From Eledone cirrhosa (Eukaryota): a DNA stretch of 64,000 nt. The stretch is taken from the NCBI GenBank assembly GCA_964016885.1, contig OZ024749.1, positions 19,778,001 through 19,842,000 of the forward strand, read 5' to 3'. A program made the position numbers and the translations under genes. The notes below the pieces were generated by a model. That model was not told where the DNA came from. It was given only the letters and a program-made list of their open reading frames with translations, and made no database searches. Below, piece after piece: positions 1 through 64,000 of this stretch (positions are counted from its first letter, which is position 1; every line of letters begins with the position of its first letter).

Positions 1-517
1 GTGGCGTGGGGGAAAAAAAATTTTTTGAGTGTATGTCAGTGTGTGAGTCCTTAAGGTAGTTCCGTAGAGGATGTGGTGGAATGCTGGGTAATACCCTTGG
101 GATGTGGTGGATTCTAGGGATCAATGTTCACATATGTGTAATCCGTGAAGAGATTGGTCGGAAGAGGGGAGATGTGGGGTGTGCGCGCAACAGGGAGTGG
201 TCAGAGGGTCAAGGCAGGAGGAGGGTTGTGTGTCTGTGTGTGCGGGGAGGTGGTCAGAGATAAGGGCATAGCAGCAGTCGGGTAGAATGGTAAGTGAAGA
301 AAGTCGGTGTGTTAGTGTGTGCGGAGGTGCGGTTGACAGGGGAGAGGATGGGTAGGTGTGAAAGTTGGAGTGAGGAGGGGGTGTGTGTGTATTAGTAGAG
401 ATGTTAGTGGGATGTGTGTGTGTGTGATATGAGGTTGTAACTAGTAAATGTGTATGTACGTATGTGTATATATGTGTGTGTTGATATGAGGTTGTAACTA
501 GTAAATGTGTATGTACG

Positions 518-548
<31 letters not shown>

Positions 549-566
549 CAAATTGTAACTAATGTG

Positions 567-603
<37 letters not shown>

Positions 604-698
604 ATATATAAATTCACAGGTTGTAACTGTATTCTATATATATATATATATATTATTCAAAATATTAATAAATAAAAAATATTTTCATAATCAAAATA

Positions 699-765
699 TA
701 TATTTTATTATACATATTTCAAAGGTACAATGGTGTTTAAGTACATTTTCATCAGATAAAATATA
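699..765 (-). ncRNA. minimal type I hammerhead ribozyme
   Basis: tatattttat-CTGATGA-aaatgtac..gtaccttt-GAAA-tatgta-TA-ataaaatata; perfect 10-bp stem I. Confidence 0.72.
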
Positions 766-856
766 TGAGAGATTGGATATGCGACATACCACTAGGGTTT
801 TGATTATTCAATTCCAATTGTATTCGTTGAATAATCAACGAATCATATAAACTTTG

Positions 857-908
<52 letters not shown>

Positions 909-1308
909 GGTGTTGGATGCTTAAAGCGTCCGTATGCGGTAGGCCGTATGAGCACTCGATGCCCTTGTAGAGCAGAGTATGATATCACAGAAAAAAGAGA
1001 ATCAGTGTTGCGACGAAAGGAATTTATTGGACATATTACAATTGTTTCTCGGGCGACCAGCTCAATGCACGATCGATATGGTGATCAAACCTGACTCTGA
1101 AATCGCGCGGTCTTTGGATACGTCTCGATTCTACGAAGCAGATTTTCCTATTCCTATAGATCCCGTTAAGGGTGAAAGCAGCGATTCTTTGCTTAAACTT
1201 TAAACTGTTATTTTAATAAATATTTGCTCTAGGGTTCTTATATATTTGATATATATTTATCCTTATCGAGCCCTCTTTGGATTTTAGTCTTCAAATTTAT
1301 TATTATTG

Positions 1309-1339
<31 letters not shown>

Positions 1340-1343
<4 letters not shown>

Positions 1344-1547
1344 AAAAGGTATGACCCCGACGGCAGAGCTCAAGCCGTTTTGACGGCTATTTCTGGACTA
1401 AATAGAATTTAGTCCAGAAATAACCGTCGAAACGGCTTGAGCTCTGACATCGGGGTCATACCTTTTCCTATTACCCACTCTACTACGCTAAGTATTGAGT
1501 ACTCTGGTGCGTTATGGTCCATCTGGTTCCTTACCACAATTCCTTGG

Positions 1548-1550
<3 letters not shown>
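1340..1550. mobile_element. fold-back element, family B
   Basis: about 60-bp arms plus about 80-bp tail, embedded in (TA)n; homologs at 25486-25697 and 46670-46875. Confidence 0.75.
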
Positions 1551-1606
<56 letters not shown>

Positions 1607-1809
1607 CATACAATAATATTAAATAAATGGAAACTATATTTATAAAACCATATTTATTCTATTATATATATTTCAAGGGTACCAAGACATTGGTACAGAT
1701 AAAATACAAAGTGTTTTATAAATTTTGAGATATCCAAGGAAACATACCTTATCAGTTGAATTTTCATTGGATATATAAATTTATATATATCCAACGAAAT
1801 ATATCCAAT

Positions 1810-2146
1810 GGAGGCACATGGCTTAGTGGTTAGAGCATTGGCCTTGCAATCGAAAGGTTGTGAGTTCAATTCTCAGACCGGGTGATGTGTTGTTTCCTTG
1901 AGCAAGGTACTTTATTTCACATTGCTCCAGTTTACTCAGCTGTAGAAATGAGATGATAGGGACTGGGGTCCCTATCATTCCACTGCAAAGTGGTCGTGTA
2001 GGTGCCACGGCAAAAACCACCCAGCACTCACTATAAATGAGGTTGGTGTTAGGAAGAGCATCCAGCTGTAGAAATCAAGCCAGAATCAGTTCCCGTCCCA
2101 CCCTTGCAAGCAGGGAAAAGTGGACGTAAAATGATGATGATGATGA
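1810..2146 (+). mobile_element. tRNA-derived CORE-like SINE with bipartite RTE tail (family 1)
   Basis: A box TGGCTTAGTGG, B box GAGTTCAATTC, CORE-like CCTTGAGCAAG..ACTT, then RTE 5'UTR and 3'-end homology and (ATG)n. Confidence 0.88.
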
Positions 2147-2417
2147 TATATATATATATAGTACATATATTCGGTGTGCAGCTAAGCATTCAATGGAGAA
2201 TATTAACCCAGAGTTATAACATTACGTTTAGACAGCTTTGCAAATCAAATACAGCAACCGATAGTCGGGCCGCATTGCCATAGCGACGAAAAAAACAACT
2301 CAGGAAAAAAAAAAAAAATGTTTATTTTATTTTTTAATTAATTTATTTTTTATATATATATATATATATATGTAATGTCAGAGGTTGTAACTAGTGTGTA
2401 TATTGACTATATTGCAG

Positions 2418-50572
<48,155 letters not shown>

Positions 50573-50715
50573 CTGAAACACTTTAGGCCCTTTTCTTGTT
50601 TATTTGTTTGTTTTGTTTTTGTACTCTTTTAAATTAATTTGAAAATTTTAATTTAGAAGAATTGACCTCTCCCCTCTAAAAAAAAAAACTCCCATACTAC
50701 AAAAACATTTTCCAA

Positions 50716-50721
50716 AATAAA
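50716..50721 (+). terminator. candidate polyadenylation signal of nardilysin
   Basis: AATAAA about 145 nt after the stop codon, just before a cluster of antisense SINEs. Confidence 0.35.
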
Positions 50722-50774
50722 CAAATTCAAAATAACTAACTATTATTTCATAGTAATTATTACATTAATAATAA

Positions 50775-51410
50775 TAATTGTTTCTACTTTAGGCACAAGG
50801 CCAGCAATTACCCAGTGCATTACTGGTACTTTATTTTATCGACCTCGTAAGGATGAAAGGCAAAGTCAACCTCGGCGGGATTTGAACTCAGATCGTAAAG
50901 GGACGTAACTATGCTGGAAAGCATGGCCATCCGACCTTCTACCGATACTGCCAATCCACCGCCTACATTAATAATAATAATGGTTTCTACTATAGACACA
51001 AAGCCCAGGGGGGAGGGGAAAGTCGATTAAATCGACCCAGTGCATTACTGGTACTTTATTTTATCAACCTCGTAAGGATGAAATACAAATCTCTAACCTC
51101 AGCAGGATTTGAACTCAGAACGTAAAGGGCCGTAACTATATGTCACAAAGCATGTCTGACGCTCTACTGATTCTTCCAATCCATCGCCCTTACAATAATA
51201 ATAATTGTTTCGTCTAACCCATGCTAGCGTGGCAGATAGACATTAAACGATGATGATAATGATGTTTCGACTTTTGGCACAAGGCCAGCAATTTCCCCAG
51301 TGCATCACTGGTACTTTATTTTATCGATTCCGTAAGGATGAAAGACAGTTAACCTCCGCTGGATTTGAACTCAGACCATAAAGGGCCGTAACTCTATGCT
51401 ACTAAGCAGA
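50775..51410 (-). mobile_element. three tandem family 2 SINEs downstream of the nardilysin stop
   Basis: three reverse-complement copies of the core, separated by (AAT)n. Confidence 0.85.
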
Positions 51411-52006
51411 ATTATTCTAAACTAAATTATCAGAATTGAAAAAAATTTTTAACCAAATATTCTCTCAGATCAGTTGGAGTCTGTTGCTTCTGTCAGGACC
51501 CGCTGGAAGGATTGTTTGAGGACTCTACTCCCAACAAGTATGTATTTATGTATGGTCCCATAACTCCTAAGGGAGTCGTAGGGACACTGTATTGACATTC
51601 AGCATTTCTAGAGTATTTTTGAAACTAGTAGAGCCCATGTCCTCTCTAGGTCTGAATACAGAAAGTGACTAAAGGAAGAATCGACCCCAGAACTAGACAG
51701 GTTCTTTTTTTATATCAACCTCAATTGGAAGAAAGGAACCTCAGCGGGATTTAAACTGAGAAAGCTGAAATGAATGCCGCAAAGCATTCTATCCAATTTT
51801 CTAATGACTTTGACAATTTATTGCCAGCAAAGAAAATATATTAATTCTGAAGTCGTTCTGATGTGAATATTTGAACCAAGACACTTGAGTTGAAACTAAA
51901 CCAAGTTACACCATAACCATGATAGAGGCATTTAAACATAGGCACATGGTTTTTAATTATATACCTCACTGTGAAAATGTAAATGCATTTTGTTATTCTT
52001 CTTTAA

Positions 52007-52353
52007 CCCTTTAGTATTCACATTACTCTATATATATACTATTATATTTTCATGGTAAATGCTTTATCTCACATAATATCGAATCTATGAGATTTTGAAA
52101 GTATTTATTTTGAGAACAATACCTTAACATCAGTTTGAGTGACCAGTTACAGCCAGTTTCAACAGAAAAAGGTAGAGAATTCTGGCCGGTTTGAACATTA
52201 AAGGGTTTAACCAGCCATGGCCACTGATACTGATGTTAAGATATTGTTCTCAAAATAAATATCAAAATCTCATAGATTCGATATTATGCGAGGTAAAAGC
52301 TTTACCACAAAAATACAATAGTATATATATAGAGTAATGTAAATGCTAAAGGG
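52007..52353. mobile_element. piggyBac-type MITE
   Basis: TTAA|CCCTTTAG...CTAAAGGG|TTAA with about 125-bp imperfect TIRs. Confidence 0.8.
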
Positions 52354-52534
52354 TTAAATACAAAAAAATATAGGGATGATGTAATAGCTTTTACATGTTT
52401 CACAGCTTATTAGTTGTTCATCAGATGAACATAAATCTATTAGCCCCTCCCTTCCCCACCAACTCTCTCTCTTGACAAAGTAAGACCTCGCTGCTATCAC
52501 GATGTGTTCTGGCTCCTAATTGCTCAGAGAAGCC

Positions 52535-53065
52535 AACCAATATAGGTGCACTCAACCAACACATTTACACTCAAGTAATAACTACCTAAGTGTACTCAAC
52601 AACACATCTACCCTCAAGTCATAACTACCTAGGTGCACTCAACAAACACTGCCACCCTAAAGTCATAACTATCAGGGTGTACTCAACCAACACAGCTACA
52701 CTCGAGTAATAACTATCCAGATGCACTCAACCAGCTCAGCCACCCTCAAGTACCAAGCTACACTCTACAACTACTGCCACCCTCAATACCAAGGTACTCT
52801 CTTATGACACTGCTACCCTTAAAAGCCAGAGACTCTCTCATGACACTACTACCCTTAGAAGCCAGGGACTCTTTCTTGACTGTGCCACCCTCAATACCCA
52901 GGTACTCTCTTATAACACTGCTACCCTTAAATAACAACCACCCAGGTGCACTCAACCAGCATAGCCACCATCAAGTACCAAGGTGTATTCTCTACAAATA
53001 TTGTTACCCTAATACTTAATACTCAGGTACTCTCTTATAACTCTGCTACCCTCAAATAACAACCT
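52535..53065. repeat. degenerate ~40-45 bp minisatellite, intergenic
   Basis: ggtgcactcaaccaacac..ctaccctcaagt. Confidence 0.7.
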
Positions 53066-53112
53066 AACACACTGTAGATAGTTTTAATAATAAATGTTTT
53101 AATATATATAAT

Positions 53113-53287
53113 TGTTTCTACTTTTGGCACAAGGCCAGTAATTACCCAGTACATTACTGGTACTTTTTTTATCGACCCCGTAAGGATGAAAGGCAAAGTT
53201 AACCTCGGCGGGATTTGAACTCAGAATGGCAAGGGCCGTAACTCTACGCCAAAGCATGGTGTCCGACACTGCCAATCCACCGCCCTC
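53113..53287 (-). mobile_element. family 2 SINE in the RCL1 3'UTR with 23-bp TSD
   Basis: TSD ataaatgttttaatatatataat at 53090-53112 and 53288-53310. Confidence 0.9.
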
Positions 53288-53312
53288 ATAAATGTTTTAA
53301 TATATATAATGA

Positions 53313-53481
53313 CTATAAAATAGGTTTGCTGACATTTGTATAAGTGACTCCAACACACGTTAATAACAACTTCTTGTCACCCGTCTTTAGTTCTTCATCA
53401 GCAATGGTGTCTTCATTGTTCACTTCTTCCACTTTAAACATGACCTTGAAGAAATCTCGGATCAACCTCATCACTCCAATC
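53313..53481 (-). CDS. RCL1: RCL1 terminal coding exon
   Basis: catag|G ATT...TAG; IGVMRLIRDFFKVMFK...LLTCVGVTYTNVSKPIL*. Confidence 0.92.
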
Positions 53482-55713
53482 CTATGACGATAAAATATAA
53501 AAATATGGTGTTAAGAAGGTCATCCAGTTGTAGAGATCATGTTACCACCAATGCCAGCATGGAAAACAGAGATAAGATAATGGAAATGTCTTGCCAAACC
53601 CATGCCAGCATGGAAAACAGAGATAAGATAATGGAAATGTCTTGCCAAACCCATGCCAGCATGGAAAACAGACATAAGATAATGGAAATGTCTTGCCAAA
53701 CCCATGCCAGCATGGAAAACAGACATAAGATAATGGAAATGTCTTGCCAAACCCATGCCAGCATGGAAAACAAACATAAAATAATGGAAATGTCTTTCGT
53801 GAAAATATAACTTTGGAGAAATCTCACATCAACCTTATCACTTCAATTTTTAGTGGGAATAAAAAATAGTGTTAAGAAAGGCATCTAGTTGTAGAGATCA
53901 TGCCAAAAATGGAATATATGAGCACAACCTGCCCCCAAGTCAAACTCGTTTAGTCTCAGACTTTGACAACCTCTAAAATATTGAGTCAATTAAATCAACC
54001 CTAGTGCGTTACTGCTACTTTATTTTATCAACCCCGTAAGGACGAAAGGCAAAGGTAACCTCAGTGGAATTTGAACCCAAAAGGGCCGTAACTCTATGCC
54101 ACAAAGTATATTGTCCAACGCTCTACCGATTCTGCCAATAATAATTGTTTCTACTTTTGGCACAAGGTCAGCAATTATCCCAGTGCATTACTGGTACTTT
54201 ATTTTATCGACCTCGTAAGGATGAAAGGCAAAGTCAACCTCGGCGGGATTTGAACTCAGACCGTAAAGGGGCGTAACTCTATGCTGCAAAGCATGACGTC
54301 CGACCCTCTACCAATACTGCTAATCCACCGCAGTGGATAATAATAATAATAATAATGTTGATAATTACGTGTATGGAGTAAGTTGTCCAATCTGTAGTTT
54401 TGACACATCTTGAGAACTGAGAACCATAAATAATGACGCCATACTTTGGTTGAGAGAATCTACACAGCCACCCTATGAACAGAAACAACAATAATTGAAG
54501 ATATTTTTATATGTATTCGTGAGTGATATTATAATAATATTATAACATTATTAATATTCGGTGTGTTTGCAAGCAAACCTCATAAACACGTGTTAGATAA
54601 TCAACATCATCCTTTTGTTCCAGCAGTACAAGAATGAAAGCCTTCACATCATGTTTACTTACTCGATATATTTCTTCCAGTAATGAATATGCAGCTTTTT
54701 TACCAACATCTTCTGCAATAGATGGTCCCTTATCTGATCCTTTCGGGTTTGAAATAGCCTCAGCAGCTAGAAATGTCCCCTTTGTTGTCTCTGCTACAAG
54801 GGTCAAACCAAATCCTGGAGATCTAAAGTAAGATAAATGTTTGATTCTAAATATCTTGTAATGATTTAGCAAAACATATCTAAAGATGGATTTGTTAATT
54901 CAAATGTTTATAGTGGACAGATTGTTGTGAAAATTTGCGGTATTAAAGATTTTAATTCTTAACATCTTGTAATGATTTAGCAAAAAATATCTAAAGATGG
55001 GCTTGTTAGTTCAAATGTTTATATTATCTTTACTAGGAGATAGACTGTAAAAATTTGCAGGAAACTAAAGTAAAGACTCTAATATTTAATGTGATGCATT
55101 CATAATGATGTTTTCAACTTTATATATCTTGCTAATGTGGTTTCATGCAGTTTGTTAATTCACAAGTCAACTTACTTTCCACATTCTTTACCCTTACAAT
55201 GGTCAGAATGGATATAAATATTCCGGATGAATTCTGAGAGAACATCTTTGGCAGATTCCATAAGTCTGTTGAGAGTTCCTGGAGAGACTTTGGTGCACCA
55301 TCTTAGCTAACATTAAGGATGTTTACACTAATAGGGCACAGTAAACTGTTGATGAGGTCTGTAAAACACACACACATAGTATAACATACAGATACACACA
55401 CAGGGTAATACACACGATTAGTAAAACACAGGCACACAAAAACCAACATACTTGCATGAATAGTAAGATATACACACAGACACATAGTAAAACATTCATT
55501 CAGAACACACACAAACCAACATATACACAGAAATAAACCAACATACAAACACACACAGTAAGATGATGTTATTGAGACCAAAGGATACGCAATTCCTCGA
55601 ATCTTCTTCACCCTTCCAGGATCTGTGAATTGGATTACTCGTAACTTCTGGCGGCAGGGACAGGAGAAAACCACCTCACCCCCTCCATCAGGGGCTGGAC
55701 CACGACGAGTTAT
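53313..55713 (-). CDS. RCL1: RNA 3'-terminal phosphate cyclase-like protein (Rcl1, 18S rRNA processing), 5'-partial gene; 5 exons in window
   Basis: Five exons join to 684 nt (227 aa + stop): RRGPAPDGGGEVVFSCP...DPGRVKKIRGIA...GKSPGFGLTLVAETTKG...EDVG...LLEEIYRGGCVDSLNQ...DVSK...FFKVMFK...LTCVGVTYTNVSK, colinear with the Rcl1 C-terminal region. Confidence 0.95.
53548..53796. repeat. 51-bp tandem repeat, 5 units
   Basis: catgccagcatggaaaacagacataagataatggaaatgtcttgccaaacc. Confidence 0.92.
53970..54331 (-). mobile_element. two tandem family 2 SINEs in the RCL1 last intron
   Basis: core homology. Confidence 0.8.
54369..54472 (-). CDS. RCL1: RCL1 exon
   Basis: catag|GGT...AC|gtaatt; GGCVDSLNQSMASLFMVLSSQDVSKLQIGQLTPY. 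Confidence 0.92.
54663..54822 (-). CDS. RCL1: RCL1 exon
   Basis: tttag|A TCT...CGA|gtaagt; SPGFGLTLVAETTKGTFLAAE...LLEEIYR. Confidence 0.94.
55176..55301 (-). CDS. RCL1: RCL1 exon
   Basis: ctaag|A TGG...AA|gtaagt; WCTKVSPGTLNRLMESAK...IYIHSDHCKGKECG. Confidence 0.9.
55302..55588 (-). other. U12-type (minor spliceosome) GT-AG intron
   Basis: 5' end GTATCCTTT; branch motif TCCTTAAT at 55319-55312 with branch A 12 nt from the 3' end; no polypyrimidine tract. Confidence 0.9.
55589..55713 (-). CDS. RCL1: RCL1 exon (first in window)
   Basis: tatag|ATA...GC|gtatccttt; ITRRGPAPDGGGEVVFSCPCRQKLRVIQFTDPGRVKKIRGI. Confidence 0.93.
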
Positions 55714-55832
55714 CTATATAAATAGAAAATATATACATTATATTATACACAGGTGTTGGGACCACAACTAGCTATCTTTATATATATATAAATATCTAGT
55801 TGTGATATATATACAAACATTATATTATACAT

Positions 55833-55995
55833 TAGAGGGTCGGACGCCATGCTTTCCAGCATAGTTACGTCCCTTTATGATCTGAGTTCAAATCCCGCCG
55901 AGGTTGACTTTGCCTTTCATCCTTACGGGGTCGATAAAATAAAGTACCAGTAATGCACTGGGTAATTGCTGGCCTTGTGCCTAAAGTAGAAACAA
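55833..55995 (+). mobile_element. family 2 SINE, 5'-truncated, with TSD
   Basis: flanked by attatattatacat. Confidence 0.85.
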
Positions 55996-56979
55996 TTATA
56001 TTATACATATATATCATCATCATCATCACCGTTTTACGTCCGTTCTTCCACGCTAGCAATGGGTTAGACGGGTTGTCCTGTTGTGGGCAGTGTCTGGTCG
56101 GCTGACCATGCCTTGTTCATACAGGAACTGATTTGGCTTGGTTTCTACAGCTGGATGCCCTTCCTAACACCAACCTCATTTACAGTGAGTGCTGGGTGCT
56201 TTTTCGTGGCGCCTACACGTCCACTTTACAGTGTGGGTTGGGTGCTTTTTTGCCGTGGCACCTCCATGACCACCTTGCGGTGGGGGGTGTGAGGGCATAT
56301 TGTCTATATATATATACATTATATTATACACGGATGTTGGGATCACAACTATCTATCTTTATACATATATATCATCATCATCATCACCATCGTTTGGACG
56401 GGAGTTTTCCCACTTGAGGCAAGAGTGGTTGTCTTGCTCGCATAGGACTGTCTGGCGGGTTTTCTACAGCTGGATGCCCTTCCTAACACCAACCACATTT
56501 ACAGTGTGGGACTGGGAGGTTTTTACCGTGTTGCCTACACGGCCACATTTACAGCGTGGACTGTGTGTTTTTTTTTGTTGTGACACCTACACGATCTCAT
56601 TTGTTTCAGCCTGGATGTTGTGGCACCAACGTAACTTTACATTGAAAGGGGCGGTGTGGATGAGGTGGGGGCGTATTTTGTTAGAGATGCCTACTGACTG
56701 TAGTAGGTTTACTTTGTATTTAGGCAAGGCGGGTCTTCTCTATTACTGAGTACCGCCAGAGATCTCGGTCCAGTGACATTGTCTTGGAGAGGTATAAGTA
56801 TGTGCGGTCGGAATTTATCAGGTCGCCCAGGTTTTTCTGGGTCTGCCTACTCCGTGGCTACCGTCTATCTTTATTGCCCTGCACTTTTTTACACAATCTC
56901 ATTTGTTTCGGCCTGGATGTTGTGGCACTAACATAACTTTACATTGAAAGGGGCGGTGTGGATGGGACGGGGGTGGTGG

Positions 56980-57012
<33 letters not shown>

Positions 57013-57079
57013 ATATATATTATATTATATATATATATATATTATATTATATTATATATATATATATAATATATATATA

Positions 57080-57141
<62 letters not shown>

Positions 57142-57157
57142 ATATATATATATATAT

Positions 57158-57357
57158 NNNNNNNNNNNNNNNNNNNNNNNNNNNNNNNNNNNNNNNNNNN
57201 NNNNNNNNNNNNNNNNNNNNNNNNNNNNNNNNNNNNNNNNNNNNNNNNNNNNNNNNNNNNNNNNNNNNNNNNNNNNNNNNNNNNNNNNNNNNNNNNNNNN
57301 NNNNNNNNNNNNNNNNNNNNNNNNNNNNNNNNNNNNNNNNNNNNNNNNNNNNNNNNN
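57158..57357. other. assembly gap (200 N)
   Basis: run of N. Confidence 1.
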
Positions 57358-57407
57358 ATAATATCAATGATATTAATAAATGGAAACTACATTTATAAAA
57401 CCATATT

Positions 57408-57468
57408 TATTCTATTATATATATTTCAAGGGTACCAAAACTTTTGTACGCTCTCATCAGATAAAATA
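57408..57468 (-). ncRNA. minimal type I hammerhead ribozyme (same family as 699-765)
   Basis: tattttat-CTGATGA-gagcgtac..gtaccctt-GAAA-tatata-TA-atagaata; 8-bp stem I, palindromic stem III. Confidence 0.75.
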
Positions 57469-57726
57469 CAAAGTTTGTTTTATAAATATTGACATATCCA
57501 GGAATGAGACCTTAACGGTTCAAGTTTTACCAGGTAAAACTTGAACCGTATACACACACATATGCACATATATAACTAATATACACATATACATAATGTA
57601 TACACATACACAAAATGTATACACACACACACACATAATGTATATACATGCACAGAATGCATACACATACATATAATGTATACACATACACATAATGTAT
57701 ATACACACACATTTATATATATATAT

Positions 57727-59532
57727 AACTTTGAATAACTTTTGGCCAGTATTGGCCCAGGCCATGTCTAACTTAATAGCACCACCTGGCGAGGTCTTTC
57801 AATTCAGGATTTGGGCACCATGGCCCATTCGAGAAGAGAATTACTGTTTGCGGAGACATATCCGGGTGTGGGTGGTTTGTCCAGGATTACTTGGAGGAAT
57901 TTGTCCAAAGACTTCTTGAATTTTGTGTGGTCAGTTTCTGTTTTGACGTGTCCTGGTGTGATGTTGAAGAGAGCAGGGCCGATTGAGGTGAAATAATTGT
58001 GCCGTATTGTTGTTATGAGTTGCGATTTAGATTTTTGTATGGGACGGATAGCACGGGGCCCAAGCCTTGGGTGTATCTTGAAGGCGATGTCAACATCATT
58101 TGGGCAGTGATGATGGAACATTTTCCACATCATGCAGATAATATAACGCTCACGGCGACGTTGGAGTGAGTAAAGTTTCAGCTTTTCTAGTCGACCCAGT
58201 AGTCAAGGTCTGACATGCCATCTATCTTTTTCGTGATTGCCCTTTGAGGAGCTTCAAGTTTCATGATACTTTGTTTCGTGTGGGGAGACCACAGTGGACA
58301 ACAGTATTCAAGGTGTGGTCGGGCAAAAGTAGAGAAGAGAAGGATAATGGTGTGGGAATCTCTCGACTGGAAGGTTCTGAGGATCCAGGAACACATTTTG
58401 CGGGCCATGTCAACTTTGCTGCTTATATGCGTGGCCCAGCTTATGTTGCTGTCCACGGTTACTCCCAAGTCTCTGATGTTGTTAGATGCCACTAGAGTTT
58501 CCCCGGAGGGAAGGGAGTACGGGAGTTTCAGAGCATCCTCTTTTCCAAAGTGGATCAGTTCGAATTTGTCTTCGTTCAGTAACATGTTGTTCTTTTCCGC
58601 CATTGGGTAACAGCCAGTAGGTCTGACTGAAGGCTTATCCGGTCATCCACGCCATTGATGACCTTTTGGAGCTTGGAAACATCAGCGAAAATGTTAATGT
58701 TGCTGTGTTTCATGATGTCAGTGATGTCATTAATATAGATGATGAAGAGAAGTGGGCCCAACACAGTGCCTTGTGGGACCCCACTACTGACTTTGGCTGG
58801 GCTGGATTTGACTCCCTCAACTACAACATGTTGGGTTCTGTTTGACAGGAAGCTCTTGATCCACTGCAGCAGCTTTCCAGTGACACCAATATTGGACAGC
58901 TTTCTCAGTAAAAAGTTATGATCAACCCTGTCAAAGGCCTTGCTGAAATCAAGGTAGATAACATCAGTGTTGGAACCGTCTCCCAAGGCTCTCAAAATGT
59001 CATCAAAGTGATGCAGTAGCTGCGTCAGGCAATCCCTTCCATTACGGAATCCATGTTGGTTGGAGTTCAGCATATTGTTACTCTCAAGGAAGTGAGACAT
59101 TCGCGATCTCACCACTCTCTCAAATACCTTAATGATATGAGAGGTGAGTGAGATTGGACGGTAATTCACGGCAAGGGATTTGTTTCCTTTTTTGAAAACT
59201 GGGACGACAGACTGGGATAGAAGGTTTTCTGGCACATATCCAGCATCCAGTGAGTTCCGCCACAGATTGGCAAGAGGAGATGCAAGTTGGTGTTGACACG
59301 CCTTCAAGACACAAGCAGGGAACCTATCGGGACCTACTGCTGAATTATGCTTGATTTCCTTTATTGCCGCTAAGACATCAGGGGCGCCAAACGTTATGTC
59401 CGATAAGGTGTAATGGGGAGTAACATCGCCGATACAGCCCAGATCGGCCATATCAGGATTGCTGAAAAAAGAGCAGTATTGTTTCTGCAGTATCTCACCC
59501 ATGGTTTTAGCATTGTCTTGAAGAGTGTCATT
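57727..59532 (-). mobile_element. CR1-group LINE 3' half: reverse transcriptase and 3'UTR, decayed
   Basis: NYRPISLTS, QHGFR, YLDFSKAFDRVDH, SGVPQGTVLGPLLFIIYIND, FADV (mutated FADD), DLGV, RPHLEYC..LWSP; 3' end runs into (TA)n. Confidence 0.92.
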
Positions 59533-59643
59533 TTATATATATATGTATATGTATACATACATACATATACGCACATATATACATACATGTATATATATGT
59601 ATATATATACACACATGTATATATACACATATATGTATACATG

Positions 59644-59722
<79 letters not shown>

Positions 59723-59730
59723 GCATATAT

Positions 59731-59852
59731 ATAACTTTGAATAACTTTGAAATGTTTTGGCCAGTATTGGCCCAGGCCATGTCTAACTTAATAGCACCAC
59801 CTGGCGAAGTCTTTCAATTCAGGATTTGGGCACCATGGCCCATTCGAGAAGA
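59731..59852 (-). mobile_element. second copy of the CR1-group 3' terminus
   Basis: near-identical to 57727-57836; flanked by (TA)n. Confidence 0.85.

Positions 59853-64000
<4,148 letters not shown>

Noticed and set aside
1655-1708. Third copy of the 699-765 hammerhead family
   Set aside because: CUGAUGA core deleted, so non-functional
1810-1880. tRNA-like sequence with A and B boxes (and its other copies)
   Set aside because: No clean cloverleaf or acceptor stem; continues into SINE core and tail, so it is a SINE head

Overview
Eukaryotic, AT- and microsatellite-rich genomic DNA. The SINE/LINE content and huge (TA)n tracts resemble an octopod cephalopod genome (inference). The window holds two convergent intron-containing genes. 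The first is the 3' part of a nardilysin (M16A metallopeptidase) gene on + (15 exons, 2418-50572, 643 codons, GT-AG, phases compatible). The second is the 3' part of RCL1 on - (5 exons, 55713-53313), one of whose introns has U12 minor-spliceosome signals. Introns are packed with mobile DNA: three near-full-length RTE-clade LINEs whose RT domain contains an inserted C4HC3 PHD-like finger, RTE-dependent SINEs and an ORF-less bipartite derivative, Meta-domain-like SINEs, CR1-like LINE fragments, two non-autonomous Helitrons and MITEs. There is also a swarm of (TA)n-embedded fold-back/Penelope-type elements, several carrying recognisable minimal type I hammerhead ribozymes. Repeats repeatedly duplicate or abut splice sites. 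A 200-N gap lies at 57158-57357. Most long ORFs in the supplied track are microsatellite artefacts. All assignments are by eye; no database searches or folding programs were run.
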